DNA of 64,000 nucleotides from Octopus sinensis (taxonomy: Eukaryota). Location of the stretch: contig NC_042999.1 in assembly GCF_006345805.1 (NCBI RefSeq), forward strand, positions 71,424,001 through 71,488,000. The letters are read 5' to 3'. The notes beneath the pieces are model-generated. The model searched no databases and had not been told where the DNA came from. It saw nothing but the letters and a program-made list of their open reading frames with translations. Positions 39,721-52,589 of this stretch are shown here, in pieces (position 1 is the stretch's first letter; every line of letters begins with the position of its first letter). Position numbers and translations under genes: made by a program.

Positions 39721-40446
39721 TATAAAAAATAGTAAAGAGTGAAAAAACGACAGAAGGCTTAAATGTTAAAAAATATATATATTTGCGTCAATATGTCTGA
39801 AGAATATTAGAAAATTTTTTAAACAAATTTTTATTTTCCTTTATAATGACATAATTTTTAAAGAAAGACCGGTTTCGCATTTAGCTTTTCAAATTTAGAG
39901 TTATCCTTGTATTTAAGCTCCGGAGAGTTCTAAATAAGGGAAGGTAGTGGGTGATTTCTTCCTGTGTAAGGGAGATAATCGCTTAAAAATTTTTTTCCTT
40001 TCCCTTAATGTGAATTTCTCTGTATCAGTATGTTCGGATGGTTGAGTCTGGGCTTGTACTTTTCAATGAAGAATGTTTCCTTGTTTAGTCTAATTTGTGT
40101 TGATGATTCGAACATTCTGATACAGAGAAATTCACATTCAGGGAAAGGAAAAAAATTTTTAAGCGATTATCTCCCTTACACCGGAAGAAATCACCCACTA
40201 CCTTCCCTTATTTAGAACTCTCCGGAGCTTAAACACAAGGATAACTCTATTAAACATAAACATAACGTCACAAGAAATTTGAAAAGCTAAATGCGAAACC
40301 GGTCTTTCTTTAAAAATTATGTCATTATAAAGGGAAAAAAAAATTTGTTTAAAAAATTTTCTAATATTCTTCAGACATATTGACGCAAATATATATATTT
40401 TTTACATTTAAGCCTTCTGTCGTTTTTTCACTCTTTACTATTTTTT

Positions 40447-40450
<4 letters not shown>
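39721..40450. mobile_element. Fold-back mini-PLE: endonuclease C-terminus plus 3' terminal repeat (minus strand), with an inverted copy of that repeat
   Basis: Arms 39721-40028 and 40117-40450 are near-identical reverse complements (the right arm has an extra 26 bp at 40249-40274). The 88-bp spacer reads on the minus strand FESSTQIRLNKETFFIEKYKPRLN, typical of a PLE GIY-YIG C-terminus. Both arms carry GCGAAACCGGTC. Confidence 0.85.
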
Positions 40451-40478
<28 letters not shown>

Positions 40479-40502
40479 TATATATATGTGTGTATATATG
40501 TT

Positions 40503-40533
<31 letters not shown>

Positions 40534-40575
40534 GTATGTATATATGTATGTATATATATATATGTATGTATGTAT

Positions 40576-40982
40576 AGGGAGAGTGAGTGGGGTGTGGTAA
40601 GTAGCTTGCTTACCAACTACATGGTCTCAGGTTCAGTCCCACTGCGTAGCACTTTGTGTGTCTTCTACTATAGGCTCGGGCCGACCAAAGCCTTGTGAGT
40701 GGATTTGGTAGACGGAAACTGAAAGAAGCCCGTCGTATATGTATATATATGTATGTGTGTATATATTTGTGCGTCTGTGTTTCTCTCCCCAACATCGCTT
40801 GGCAATCGATGCTGGTGTGTTTACGCCTCCGTAACTTAGCGGTTCGGCAAAAGCGACTAATAGAATAAGTACTGGGCTTACAAATAATAAACTCTGAGGT
40901 CGATTTGCTCGACTAAATGTGGTGTTCCAGTATGGCCGCAGTCAAATGACTGAAACAAGTAAAAGAGTAAAAGAGTAAAAGA
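40576..40982 (+). mobile_element. SINE group A, full length
   Basis: Head GTGGGGTGTGGTAAGTAGC; tail (AAAGAGTA)n. Confidence 0.9.
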
Positions 40983-40984
40983 TC

Positions 40985-41210
40985 TCGAGTCTCGTCGTTT
41001 TACGTTGAAGAAAATGCAAGAAGCTTTTTCTCATTTAGATAAATGTCTTGCTTTATTTGAGGAAATGGATCCGAACGCACAACGTTTCGCAAAAATATTG
41101 GGGGACTACAAGATACTATTGCACCTTATTAACTTGAAAAGAAGAAGAAATAGAGAAATCAGGGATCTTTAGACAAGTTTTGTACAACGATCTGCACCTT
41201 CACAAAAGGA
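40985..41210 (+). mobile_element. Tigger/pogo-type transposase C-terminal fragment
   Basis: RRFTLKKMQEAFSHLDKCLALFEEMDPNAQRFAKI...GLQDTIAPY...QGSLDKF resembles the Tigger1 C-terminus (RFT.QEMARGF..FE..DPN.ERY.KV...QTSLD.FF). Confidence 0.75.
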
Positions 41211-41412
41211 GTCAGTTGACGATCCCCAAACATCGACATCTTGTGTGTAATCTCCTACACCAGCCTCAACGAGAAACACCGACGTCAGCCTCCAGGTAGG
41301 CACAGTACAGTATTTGAAAGTATTTCTTTCTAATATAAAAGCAGCCTAGGCTTGCCTCACATGAAAACAACCTAGGCTAGCCTAGGTTTTAATTATTACA
41401 TAAATCACCGAG

Positions 41413-41706
41413 ACCATGACCGACCAGGCTATCAGATGTTGCTACAAATCGCTGGTCACAATGCGCTTCGCATTGTTTTAGCCTTCAAATGACGCCAAGC
41501 CTTCAAATGACGCAAGCTAAGCGAGCAGGCCAACAGAAGAAAGGGTGAGAGAAAGTTGTGGCGAAAGAGTACAGCAGGGATCGCCAACCTCCCCTGCCGG
41601 AGTTCGTGGAGCTTTAAGTGTTTGCGCTCAATAAACACTCACAACGCCCGGTCTGGGAATCGAAACCGCGAGTCCGCTACCCTAACTACTGGGCCATTGC
41701 GCGTCC
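41413..41706 (-). mobile_element. tRNA-derived SINE, group D head with tail type 2
   Basis: Reverse strand GCGCAATGGCCCAGTAGTTAGGGTAGCGGACTCGCGG...; head shared with 51882 and 62172. Confidence 0.85.
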
Positions 41707-42303
41707 ACATTACATATATATACAGTTAAATAATGGTTACTTCGACTTAAGTCGATTTTCGATCAAAGTCGTGTCCTGTAGATCCAATTAACGATGTTGG
41801 GTGAGGTATGATCCAATTAACGATGTTGGGTGAGGTATGATCTTATATGCACAAATATACTTCAATGTAAAGGCTGAAAATAGATGTGGAACTGTATGTA
41901 TGTGTTTATACATTTATGAGATAGGGAATACGTGAAGGTATGTATACTGATGTGTAATTGTAAATACGTATTTTGAAATGCGGACATTTCGAAGACCTGA
42001 ACAAAAAGTACTAATCTTTTTTTGTTTAGAGAACGTTATCCACATACACACATTCAACACTCGTACACACATGCACACCCCCACACATTCTTTCTGTCTC
42101 ACACATACATGTAGGCACACACAAACACAGATGCAAACATGCACACATGTATTATTAAGGAACTCGAATTCCAGAACACAGGTATTGATTCTAAAAGAGA
42201 GCTGTACATACGTGCTTACACACACACACAGATGCGCGCGCGCGCACACACACACACACCACATATATATATACATATACATACAGACACACACACATAT
42301 ATG

Positions 42304-42338
<35 letters not shown>

Positions 42339-42843
42339 ATATGTATGTATATGTATATTTGTATGAATGTACATGCATATTCAGTGTTAATGGCCTGTGC
42401 AAGTCTACAAGAATGAAACGCTATTGGTTATTGATAGGAAACGTTCATTGCTTTTAGCGGAATGTTATAAATGTGTATGACCAGAATACCCCATTATATG
42501 TTTTGGAGTTAATATCAAAGCATTATATAAGTCTGATTATGCAATCATTTGCTCCATCATTTCTACGTCTGTGCCTTTGTTCCATATTTTTATACGTATA
42601 TATCTAAACTATATATAGAAATATACATAGACGCGAGTACAATCTCACTCCTCTCCCCATACAATTCCCCCGTATATGTATATATAAATACGTGAGTGTG
42701 TGTATATATATACATATATATACATAAAAAATATATATATATATACATACATACATATATATATATGTATTATATATATGTAATATATATGTAATATATA
42801 TATATGTATAATATATGTATATATACATATATATATATTATAT

Positions 42844-42889
<46 letters not shown>

Positions 42890-43097
42890 AATAGAAAGAT
42901 GAATAATCTTGTTGCAGATTAATCAAAAGTTTAACCGATACCTTGGTAGCAAAAATCACAGCAGAAGAAAGCACGGTTGGAGGTACAACCATATGGTGTT
43001 GCAACCGTGCGTTGGTGCGGATAATTGAATTTTAATATTATTAGTGAATTGAAGGAATGGAGTTGAACGAAGATTGAACAGAAATCCTTTTATTGCA

Positions 43098-43176
43098 TTC
43101 TACACGTGTTTCGAAAGCCACATTTACAAAATTCCGATTGAATAAGGAGACCATATTGTGTCTTTCTCTTCAGGAA
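43098..43176 (-). ncRNA. Type I hammerhead motif with extended stem II
   Basis: Reverse strand: ttc-CTGAAGA-gaaagacaca...tgtggctttc (9/10 paired)-GAA-acacgtgt (8-nt palindrome)-A-gaa. Confidence 0.65.
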
Positions 43177-44847
43177 GAAATAGGAATTCCGTTGGCAGAA
43201 CAAAAACAGAACAGAGGCGCAGCAAAACAAATCGAACGAGGAGGCTCCTAAGAGCCCATGGCCAAACTGTTTATCAATGTATGTTGAAATCTGGTGGTGG
43301 GTGCGTTGAAGATATTTACAGGTCAGGCAGCGGTCAATCCGGTGGGTGAGAGCACGGGGTGCGTAGATGTTCTTTGTGACAGAGACTAAGGTTCTGACTA
43401 TTTTAAGAATATTAGGTGTATTATATGGGGCGAGCAAAATCTACTTAGAAACATGTGTATGTGAACTGTTCTATATGTGCGCGGCCGTAAGTTGGTAAAA
43501 AGCGCTACACAATGGTCACTGCTGAAAAATCCGTCAGGCGGCAGAAAATATTTTATGTGTTCGTGTGTTCGATTAAACATGCATATATATATATATATAT
43601 ATATATATACATTTGATATATATATGCATATATATATATATATATATACATTTGATATATATATATGCATATATATATATTATATATATATATATATATA
43701 CATTTGATATATATATGCATATATATATATATATTTATGTATATATACATATGTATATATGTATATATATGTATATATACGTACACACGCGCACACATAT
43801 GCATACTTACATGCATATATATAATATATATATATATATATATCCATACATACATACAGTTATGCGTCCACATGTGGAAACTTACACGAACACACATAAA
43901 TATGAGCGTTCTTTTTATATATAAGCAAACGCCCGACGAAAAAGAAAGTTAATGTATTAATATATTAATTTAAAGATGAATTAAAGAACAAAGTGAGAAA
44001 ATATTGTTGTTTCGGAATGAGTTTCCTACATCAGTGAACAAGAAGATAGTTTCAGGAAATGAGAGCGAGTGGGGAGGACAAAGAAATTTATTTCTAGTTA
44101 AGAGAGCGAAAACAATGGGAGATATTGTACAGCGTGTGTATGTGCATGATTTTATATGTATGCATATCTGCTAAATATGTGCCTTCAGGGTGGGTGTATT
44201 TTGATAAGTGTTTATGCTTTGGATGATTAGTGTGTGTATGTGTGTGGAGAGTTTATCCATGAGTGACGAGTTGGATAATGTCTAATAAATTACGCATGAA
44301 CAATCGCCTTAAAGCACATGCATACACGCACGCGTATATGCACAGGTACTAGGAAAATATAAGTATACATCTTCAAGTATACATAAATAATAACCACAGA
44401 TACAAATACACATTAAGTACTTAAAACATGCACATATAATGTCACAGACACACACTAGAAACACGTGTGGAGCATACATACATGTTAAAAAATAAATACA
44501 CTTTAGATACGCGCTCATTTATTATCTTCTCTTGTTTTCCTCCCCTTTAGGTTAAATCCGCAATAGTTTCATTACTACTACCGATAGCTATACTGCTATA
44601 TGTCTCTTATTTTATCCTCTGTTTTTTTTTCCTATACTTCTTTCTTCGCTACAGATGAATAACAAATGATTGTAAAATGTCGGACCTACCTTACATATTA
44701 CTTCATATCACCATGAAGCTAATATATTAACAACGTATTTGAGTTTTTGACATGTCTGTGGTGCATTTTCTTCGATTTTCACTACGTTTCTGCAGCTTAC
44801 TAGTTGTCTTGTTTAAATCTTATTTCGGTTATCCCTATTTCGAATAC

Positions 44848-44892
<45 letters not shown>

Positions 44893-44910
44893 ATATATAT
44901 ATATATATAT

Positions 44911-45821
44911 ATAAATGAAATAAAAACATATGCATATATATAAACATATATGTACGTACCTACCTCTACATGTACATATACACGCATATATGAGTACAGG
45001 ACACCAAAGGGACGTCGAACACAAAGAAACGAAAACATAGACACAAACCAAAGGAACTGGACATTTTTTTTAAAAACAACAAAAAAATGGAGTACAGGAC
45101 AATTAACACAAAGAAAAAACCCCTTCTTCAGTCGCTAAGATTTCATCTACTCTACGTTTCGAAGGATAAAAGCGAGACGTATCTTCGACAAGAAACTTTC
45201 CTTCCTGCGAAAAGCAAATCAATTAAAATTCTGAGATCTTTTTGCAGAGGGGTAAAAAATGGTAAAAAAAGGTAAAAAAACAGAACAGTAACGGCAGTAC
45301 AAAAATATAAACAGTAAAAGACAGGACAGAGAAAAACAAGATAAGAAGGGCTGTTGACGCCGAACGAAAAAAAGTATTGCAAACGCACACTTTTTTGTGA
45401 ACGACAGGGGAGCAGGAAGAATGTCGTCCGTTACCTTGAAAGGCCAGGCCAGAAAGACAGTCAGAGCGGAAGTATCGTCGCGGGTGGACGACGGGAAGGG
45501 GGAGGAGGAGCAAGAGGAAGGGAGAGAAGAAGGGGAATGGCTGCGAGGAAACCATGAAGAATGGTGATGGGGAGAGAGAGAGTGAAGAATGAGAGAGAGA
45601 GGAAGAGACAAGTTAAGTAGAGGAAAAAGTAAATCAAAGAATAGGGATGGGACAGAAAGGTGAAGAGTGCCCGTCAGAGTAATATCAAGACCAAACTGAT
45701 ATACAGAACAATCTTACTTAAGGGGGTGCGTGCGTTTAGTCATATAATATATTAATAAATGAAATAAAACATATGCATATAATAAACATATGTACGAACC
45801 GACCTCTACATGTACATATAC
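44911..45821. mobile_element. ~910-bp non-coding element bounded by ~70-bp direct repeats
   Basis: 44911-44981 and 45755-45821 share ATAAATGAAATAAAA.CATATGCATAT..AAACATA..TGTACG.ACC.ACCTCTACATGTACATATAC. Confidence 0.6.
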
Positions 45822-46102
45822 ATATATATATTATATATATATTATATATATGTGTTGTATGTATGTACATATATATATAATATATATATGTACATATATA
45901 TATATATATATATACATGTACATACATATATATATATATATATAGATATATGCATGTATGTACATATATATATATATATATATATATAGATGTACATATT
46001 ATATATATATACATGTACGAATATATATCTATATATATATGTGTGGTGTGTGTGTGTATACATATGTATATTTATATACGTACACACACACATATACATA
46101 CA

Positions 46103-46152
<50 letters not shown>

Positions 46153-46192
46153 CATATATATACATACACCACATAACACACACACACACACA

Positions 46193-46423
46193 TACTTTTA
46201 CTATTTTACTTGTTCCATCATCTGACTGCGGCTATGCTGAAGCACCGCTCTCAAGGTTTTTCAGTCAAACAAATTGAAACCAAGACATATTTTTGAAGCC
46301 TATACGTATTCTATCGGTTCCTTTTTTTGTCTGACCGCAAAGTCATGGGGGCGTATACACACCAACACCGTTTGTCAAGCGGTGTTAGGGGGAAAACACA
46401 AACACAATGGCACACACACACAA

Positions 46424-46454
<31 letters not shown>

Positions 46455-46650
46455 TATATATACGCACGCATGCATGCACTTACACACACACATATATACA
46501 ACTGTTTTCTTTCAATTTCCGTCTACCAAATCCACTCACAAGGATTTCGTCGACCCAAGGCTACAGTAGAAGACACTTATCGAAAGTGCTACGCAGCGGG
46601 ACCGAACATGGTACCATGTGGTTGTAAAGCATGCTTTCCACCACACTCAG
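46193..46650 (-). mobile_element. SINE group A, diverged
   Basis: Colinear with the group A copies. Confidence 0.85.
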
Positions 46651-46662
46651 TATAGAGGATGC

Positions 46663-47822
46663 GTAAGGTATTTGAGGACATACGTTTTTGGGTCTTTGAT
46701 GCATTTTTGCGAACTCTGTATAATATTTGTTTCAGAAAATAATAATGGCAGACACTCAGATTACTCAAGAAGTGAAGGGGTATACTGTTATTGTGGTTAT
46801 AAAGGCTGAGCATAGCGATTTAGAAATATCTCGATTTTTAAAAGTTGCCAGATCTTCTGTCTACAAAGTTTTTAAGGAGCTAGAGACTGAAGATGGAAAC
46901 GTATCACTAGTATCAAAGCATAAAAAGCATTCTAAACGCTCTGAAATCATCAGAACACCCCGATTACAATCCCAGAAAGTCCATGAAGTCAATTGTAAAA
47001 GATCTGCATGTATCAGAAGGAGCAGTCAGAAACGGTATCCACGAAGACATCAGATATACGTCTTATGCGATGAGGAAAGGTCAATTTGTCCGAAAAAGCA
47101 AAAGAAAACCACTTCATCAGACTTAAAAGCTATTAAACAAACTGAAAAATCCAGCAGAAGATGATTTGATTTGTTTTTTCGCATACGAGAAAAAGTTCGA
47201 CCAAGACCAAAAAAATTGAAGAAATGACGGATGGTTATATGCAGATTATTGTGAAGTTCCAAGTGGTATTCATAAAAACATTCGTGTAACTGTCATGGTT
47301 TTCGGGGCTTTCAGCAATGAAGGACATGTGATGTTTCCTTACGTCTTTCCACAGGGCCTTAGAGTTACCTCTGCCGCCTACATTGAGGTCCTAGAAATAG
47401 TTGTTAAGTCCTGGATAGACAGTGTATGTAATGGAAACCCATATCAGTAAGTCTGTTCACTATCACACATGACTCTAGTAAAAGACTGAACATTTTCATG
47501 ATCACATAACCCCTAACATTTGGCGTTCTTAGTCCCCGATATCAATCCATTGAACTATTATATATGGAGCATTGTTGAGAGAGAGGTCAATGAACACGCC
47601 ACAACACCATAGATTCTTTGAAAGCTGCTATAGTCAGGGTAATGTCCCAAAAGAAACAGAACCACTTGATTCGAGCGTGTAGATGATTTAGATGATCTAG
47701 ATCTCATATAAGAAAAAGAAGGTTTATTTTTATCCTTATAGCAGTTTTTGATAAATACAGTTATTATCAGTTATTATATGTCTGCTTTTTTATAAACATA
47801 AATCTGTCCTCAAATATCTTAC
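46663..47822 (+). mobile_element. Decayed DD37D-like (maT-type) Tc1/mariner element
   Basis: 17/18 inverted match GTAAG.TATTTGAGGACA (46663-46680 / 47805-47822); ATG at 46745 opens an HTH (…HSDLEISRFLKVARSSVYKV…); later SPDINPLNYYIWSIVEREVN and TIDSLKAAI. Confidence 0.8.
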
Positions 47823-47874
47823 AGTATATATATATATATATATATCTATATATATATATATATATATATATATC

Positions 47875-48270
47875 TTTATATATAAAAGAGAGGTTGTGTG
47901 CTGTCTGTCTCCTACGATTTAGATTCCTAACTACTCCCACATTTTGGCGGTGCAGTTGTTTAACCAAAACCGGGTATCTTATAGTCGCGATTCATATCGA
48001 GCCCTTCTGGGTATTAGCGCGCGTGTACGATGAGTCTACGATTAAAAAAAAAATTACCATAAATTTTTCCCATTTTTAATACGTTTTTGGCATATATAAG
48101 TGAAGTAACTCTCTAAAAATTTTTTGACAAATTAAACTTAAATGTTGAAGTGAATCGAACGGCTTTTGTGTGTTTCTTAAATGGCTTATAAACACCTTGC
48201 ACGCTGCAATTGTTTTCGTTTCAGCACACGATCTCAGATCAAATACTTGCTATGCGAGTACATCTCCGTA
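47875..48270 (+). mobile_element. Probable non-autonomous Helitron-like repeat (5' part)
   Basis: Begins TC..TATATAAAAGAGAGGTTGTGTG.TGTCTGTC after a (TA)n tract, a start typical of non-autonomous Helitrons. No 3' hairpin/CTRR is visible. Confidence 0.45.
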
Positions 48271-48329
48271 ATATATATATCTATATATAATATATATAAA
48301 TATATTTATATATATATTCATATATATAT

Positions 48330-48433
<104 letters not shown>

Positions 48434-48449
48434 TATATTTATATATATA

Positions 48450-48492
<43 letters not shown>

Positions 48493-48531
48493 TTGGCTCT
48501 TCAGAACACAAAATTATGTGTGTGTGTATAT

Positions 48532-48562
<31 letters not shown>

Positions 48563-48574
48563 TATATATGTATG

Positions 48575-48619
<45 letters not shown>

Positions 48620-49011
48620 TATATATATATGTGTGTGTGTGGTATATATATATATGTGCGTGTATATATATATATATAATGTGTGTGTATATATATATAT
48701 ATATGTGTGTATGTATGTATGTACACACACACACATATATATATATAGTTTTATGATCTGAAGCGCCATAGAGATTATCCTGATTGATTGTTCTGTGTGA
48801 CGTAGGAAGCAACGATGAAGCTTTTGAATAGAAACGTACTACCAACTGAGCCTTTGCAGAATTGCAGGGAAAAAAAAGAGATGGCAGTCATGCTGATTCC
48901 TATAAAAGGCTTGTAAGTGATTCTCTACCTTATGTTATATATAGATATACCGCAGAGACTGTACCCTAGCCAGTGGGGGTTATCTGAGGCGTAGTTATTG
49001 CTAGTTGAAAA

Positions 49012-49018
49012 ATATCTA

Positions 49019-49115
<97 letters not shown>

Positions 49116-49160
49116 GTCTATCTATCTATCTATCTGTTTATCTATCTATCTATCTATCTA

Positions 49161-49222
<62 letters not shown>

Positions 49223-49290
49223 GCTTGCCTGCCTGCCTGCCTGTCTGCCTGCCTGTCTGCCTGGCTGCCTGTCTGTCTGTCTTTCTGTCT
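49012..49290. repeat. (TATC)n/(TGTC)n/(TGCC)n compound STR
   Basis: Direct reading. Confidence 0.95.
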
Positions 49291-49318
49291 CTCTCTCTCT
49301 CTCTCTATCTATATATTA

Positions 49319-49368
<50 letters not shown>

Positions 49369-49625
49369 ACTTAGCTCGATTTGAAATCACCACTAGAATG
49401 GGAGAAAGCGCTAATATATGATCTAAGTTATATGATGTATAAAAACATGTAATATACAAATAAATATTTGTAAATATAAAACCATCCGAATTTCTGAGTA
49501 CCTCATATCTTCTAATATAAAATACCTGTACATCATCTCAATATATTCAATTGTCAAAAGAAACCGTGACAAACGATTGCTCTACTTGACCTCTGGCCTT
49601 TTCATTGCCATCATACAGTCACCTG

Positions 49626-49860
49626 CATCCCGTAAAGCTATTCTTCTATATGATATAGCTATTTTTCTACCTTCATTCATGTTGAAACTGAATTTTTCAA
49701 TTCTCCTTCTTCAATCATTACGTATTTTAAAGAACCATGCTTTTTACATGGCCAACTTTATGTAGGCGCATCATGCGTGGGAGCAAAAGGCAAATCTTTT
49801 TGCTTGTACACCCCGAAATAAAACAAAAAACATTGTTTATAAAGAAATATTCACTCTTAA
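49626..49860 (+). mobile_element. Helitron PIF1-like helicase C-terminal fragment
   Basis: HPVKLFFYMI (cf. FPVKLSFAMTINK), EPCFLHGQLYVGASCVG (cf. PCFSHGQLYVA.SRV) at 49732, then TKNIVYKEIF after a frameshift. Confidence 0.8.
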
Positions 49861-50234
49861 CGCAACATGAATACTTCAATAACTTAATTTGCCATTATAA
49901 TCATTACATTCAAGAATGACTAAATTACCTATTAAAATTAACTGTATAACTGCCATTACTGTATTGATGAATAAGATAAAACATAGAACTCATTTATTAT
50001 TGTCATGTAATAAACAAACAGAAGTACGTGTATGAAACCCAGCTTTTTTCTACTTCAATTATTACATGTTTTTCTCTTTTTCAAAATACACACATATAAG
50101 AGGAGCAAATTATAAACATATAATAACACTTAAAATGTGGCTCCCGAGAAACAGCAGAATTACCCGATCAACAACGGGCATTACTGCTTGTGTTATATAT
50201 TTATATACATACATACACACACACACACACACAG

Positions 50235-50290
<56 letters not shown>

Positions 50291-50790
50291 GGAGAATGCT
50301 TGCCATGTTATATATGGATGTTGCTTGCATCAAGCGAAAGGTAGATGTGCAGAGGATCAGAGAAGCAGAAAGAGCCTTTTGTGATTATGCAGTTGGAGAG
50401 AAATTAAGCTGGAAGCCAGCAGGAGGTGATGAGCAATGATTTGGCCACCACTGTTGACCTACCAACAGCTGGGAGTTATGGTTCAGGATATATATGTATG
50501 ACTGTATATATTTAATGTTCCTCAAATACAATAATACTACATTATTTGCGTGTAGCTTATGGAAGGAGTCATTAGATTTCGACTAATTTAGAGCGACAAT
50601 ATATTAAAATATATGGAAGGATAATATGAAAATCAGAATAAGCAATACGTAATAAGATATAAATTGCGTCTTCATGCATATGTATATATGTATATATATA
50701 TATAAATACTTACACCACAATAAGCACATAAATGCGAAACAAAGTGGGAGAGTAATATGCGGTATTAAAAAGCAGTGAAAATGTCACAAA

Positions 50791-50832
50791 AACTGTTACT
50801 CAGGGTTTCACGTTCCCGTTCGTCGGACAGTT
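50791..50832 (-). ncRNA. Hammerhead motif, CCGANGA core variant
   Basis: Reverse strand: aactgt-CCGACGA-acg(ggaa)cgt-GAA-accc(t)gagt-A-acagtt. Confidence 0.6.
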
Positions 50833-51881
50833 TTGTTTCGAATGGACCAAAATAAGGTTATATGCACACACACACATACATATCTTACCTTCGTTACCTT
50901 CGTAGATCTAGCACAGTTCGCATTATACTTGACAGATAGCCTTTAAGATAGCATACACCATAGCCGAGTTATCTCATAAACTAAGTCGAAATGCGAAATT
51001 CCAGTCCAATTAAGAAATACCAAAATCACCTTTTCGAATAGAAATAACCCCACGAATTTGGGGTTTAAGTTTTAAAAACGCATATTGAATCTATTTTTTA
51101 ATAACGGGACCAATTTAAACATATTTTGTTTAACTTCCGTATCATATTAAATGTTATATATGCATTATAGGAATATAACTTCCTCTTTAGAAACTGGTAT
51201 ATTTCGCTACCTGTGTGAAGAACATAAAAAAGCCGTTACCCTATTCATTCTCTTCGTTATCATATCATACAGGTGTACCTATAAGGGCTCGTTTTTAAAC
51301 TTTTGTCATCACTTTTAAAGATTACGAAATGCTACATCGCACGAGCACAAGAAATAAAATTCTGAGTTTGCAATGTTACTTGGAAAAAATTCTTTACTCT
51401 TTTCCTGAAACAATTTGGTACACAATATTTTACACTTTGTAGCTTAGTTTCTCTATTTCATGCAACAGAACGAAGGTATATTTAGGGCTATGAGCCCCTT
51501 GTTCACAGCTTAAAGCTCAATGCATTTCTTAGATGTGAATTATCAGCAATGGAGATAATGATAGTTATAAATGTCCTGTGAATATAAATACTGAGACATA
51601 AACCTGAGACTATTTGCGATATAAATATTGTTGTCATTGATTACTAATTGTATACGACTTGAATTTCATCCAAGAAGTGTACAATTATCATAAAATATAC
51701 ACCAGAACATTCGAACGATTAATAAAATTAAATTATTAGACAAATCAGCTAATTTATTGGCAGTATCAAATTCTAAATTTAGATACCGCTTAAGGAATTC
51801 AAGAAACAACTTCCATTGTTTTGTGTAGGTATGTATAAATGAATGAATGGATATATATATGTGCATGTATATATCAAATGT

Positions 51882-52197
51882 GGAGGCGCAATGGCCTAGT
51901 GGTTAGGGCAGCGGACTCGCGGTCGCAGGTTCGCGTTTTCGATTCCCATACCGGGTGTTGTGTGTGTTTATTGGGCGAAAACACCTAAAAAGATCCACGA
52001 GGTTCCGGCAGGGGGTGGGTGGCCACCCCTGTTGTACTCTTTCGCCCCAACTTTCTCCCACTCCCTTTTCCTCTTTCTTCAGTAACGCTGCGATGGACTG
52101 GCGTCCAGTCCAGCTAGAGAGGAACTCATAAGCAACAGAAACCAGGAAACTGGGCCTATGAGCCTGGCTAGGCTTGAAAAAGGCGACGTTTTTTTTT
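51882..52197 (+). mobile_element. tRNA-derived SINE, group D head with tail type 1 (V-domain-like)
   Basis: A box TGGCCTAGTGG and B-box-like TTCGATTCCC; the tail contains GCTGCGATGGACTGGCGTCCAGTCCAG, resembling the V-SINE conserved domain. Confidence 0.85.
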
Positions 52198-52314
52198 ATA
52201 TATTAAATGCATACATATATATGATGTACATATATACTTCATATACATGCATACATACATGCATACATACATACATGCATACATACACACATACATACAT
52301 ACATACATACATAT

Positions 52315-52387
<73 letters not shown>

Positions 52388-52589
52388 TATGTATATATAT
52401 ATATATGTATATATATATATAATATATATCTTTGTATGTATAGGTATATATATATAGGAATATATATATATATATATTTATATATATAGGGAAGCTTTAT
52501 GAAAATAAACAAAAGACGAAGGCAGGTGGAAAACAAACAAACAATTGTATTAGTATATGTGAGATATATTTGCCATCTCAATATGGCTA

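Noticed and set aside
41781-41842. Perfect 29-bp tandem duplication as a CRISPR-like repeat
   Set aside because: Two adjacent copies without a spacer in eukaryotic DNA; an ordinary slippage duplication.
45115-45215. Possible circularly permuted (type II) hammerhead on the minus strand (GAAACGTA ... CTGAAGA)
   Set aside because: Stem I cannot pair and stem II would rely on G-U pairs.
48845-48911. GKKR...KR peptide suggesting a neuropeptide-precursor exon
   Set aside because: Very short, derives from an A-run, and has no supporting upstream exon or signal peptide.
50290-50440. GC-richer stretch (WRMLAMLY...EKLSWKPAGGDEQ) as an exon
   Set aside because: No usable acceptor (it begins directly after (TA)n) and no recognisable domain.
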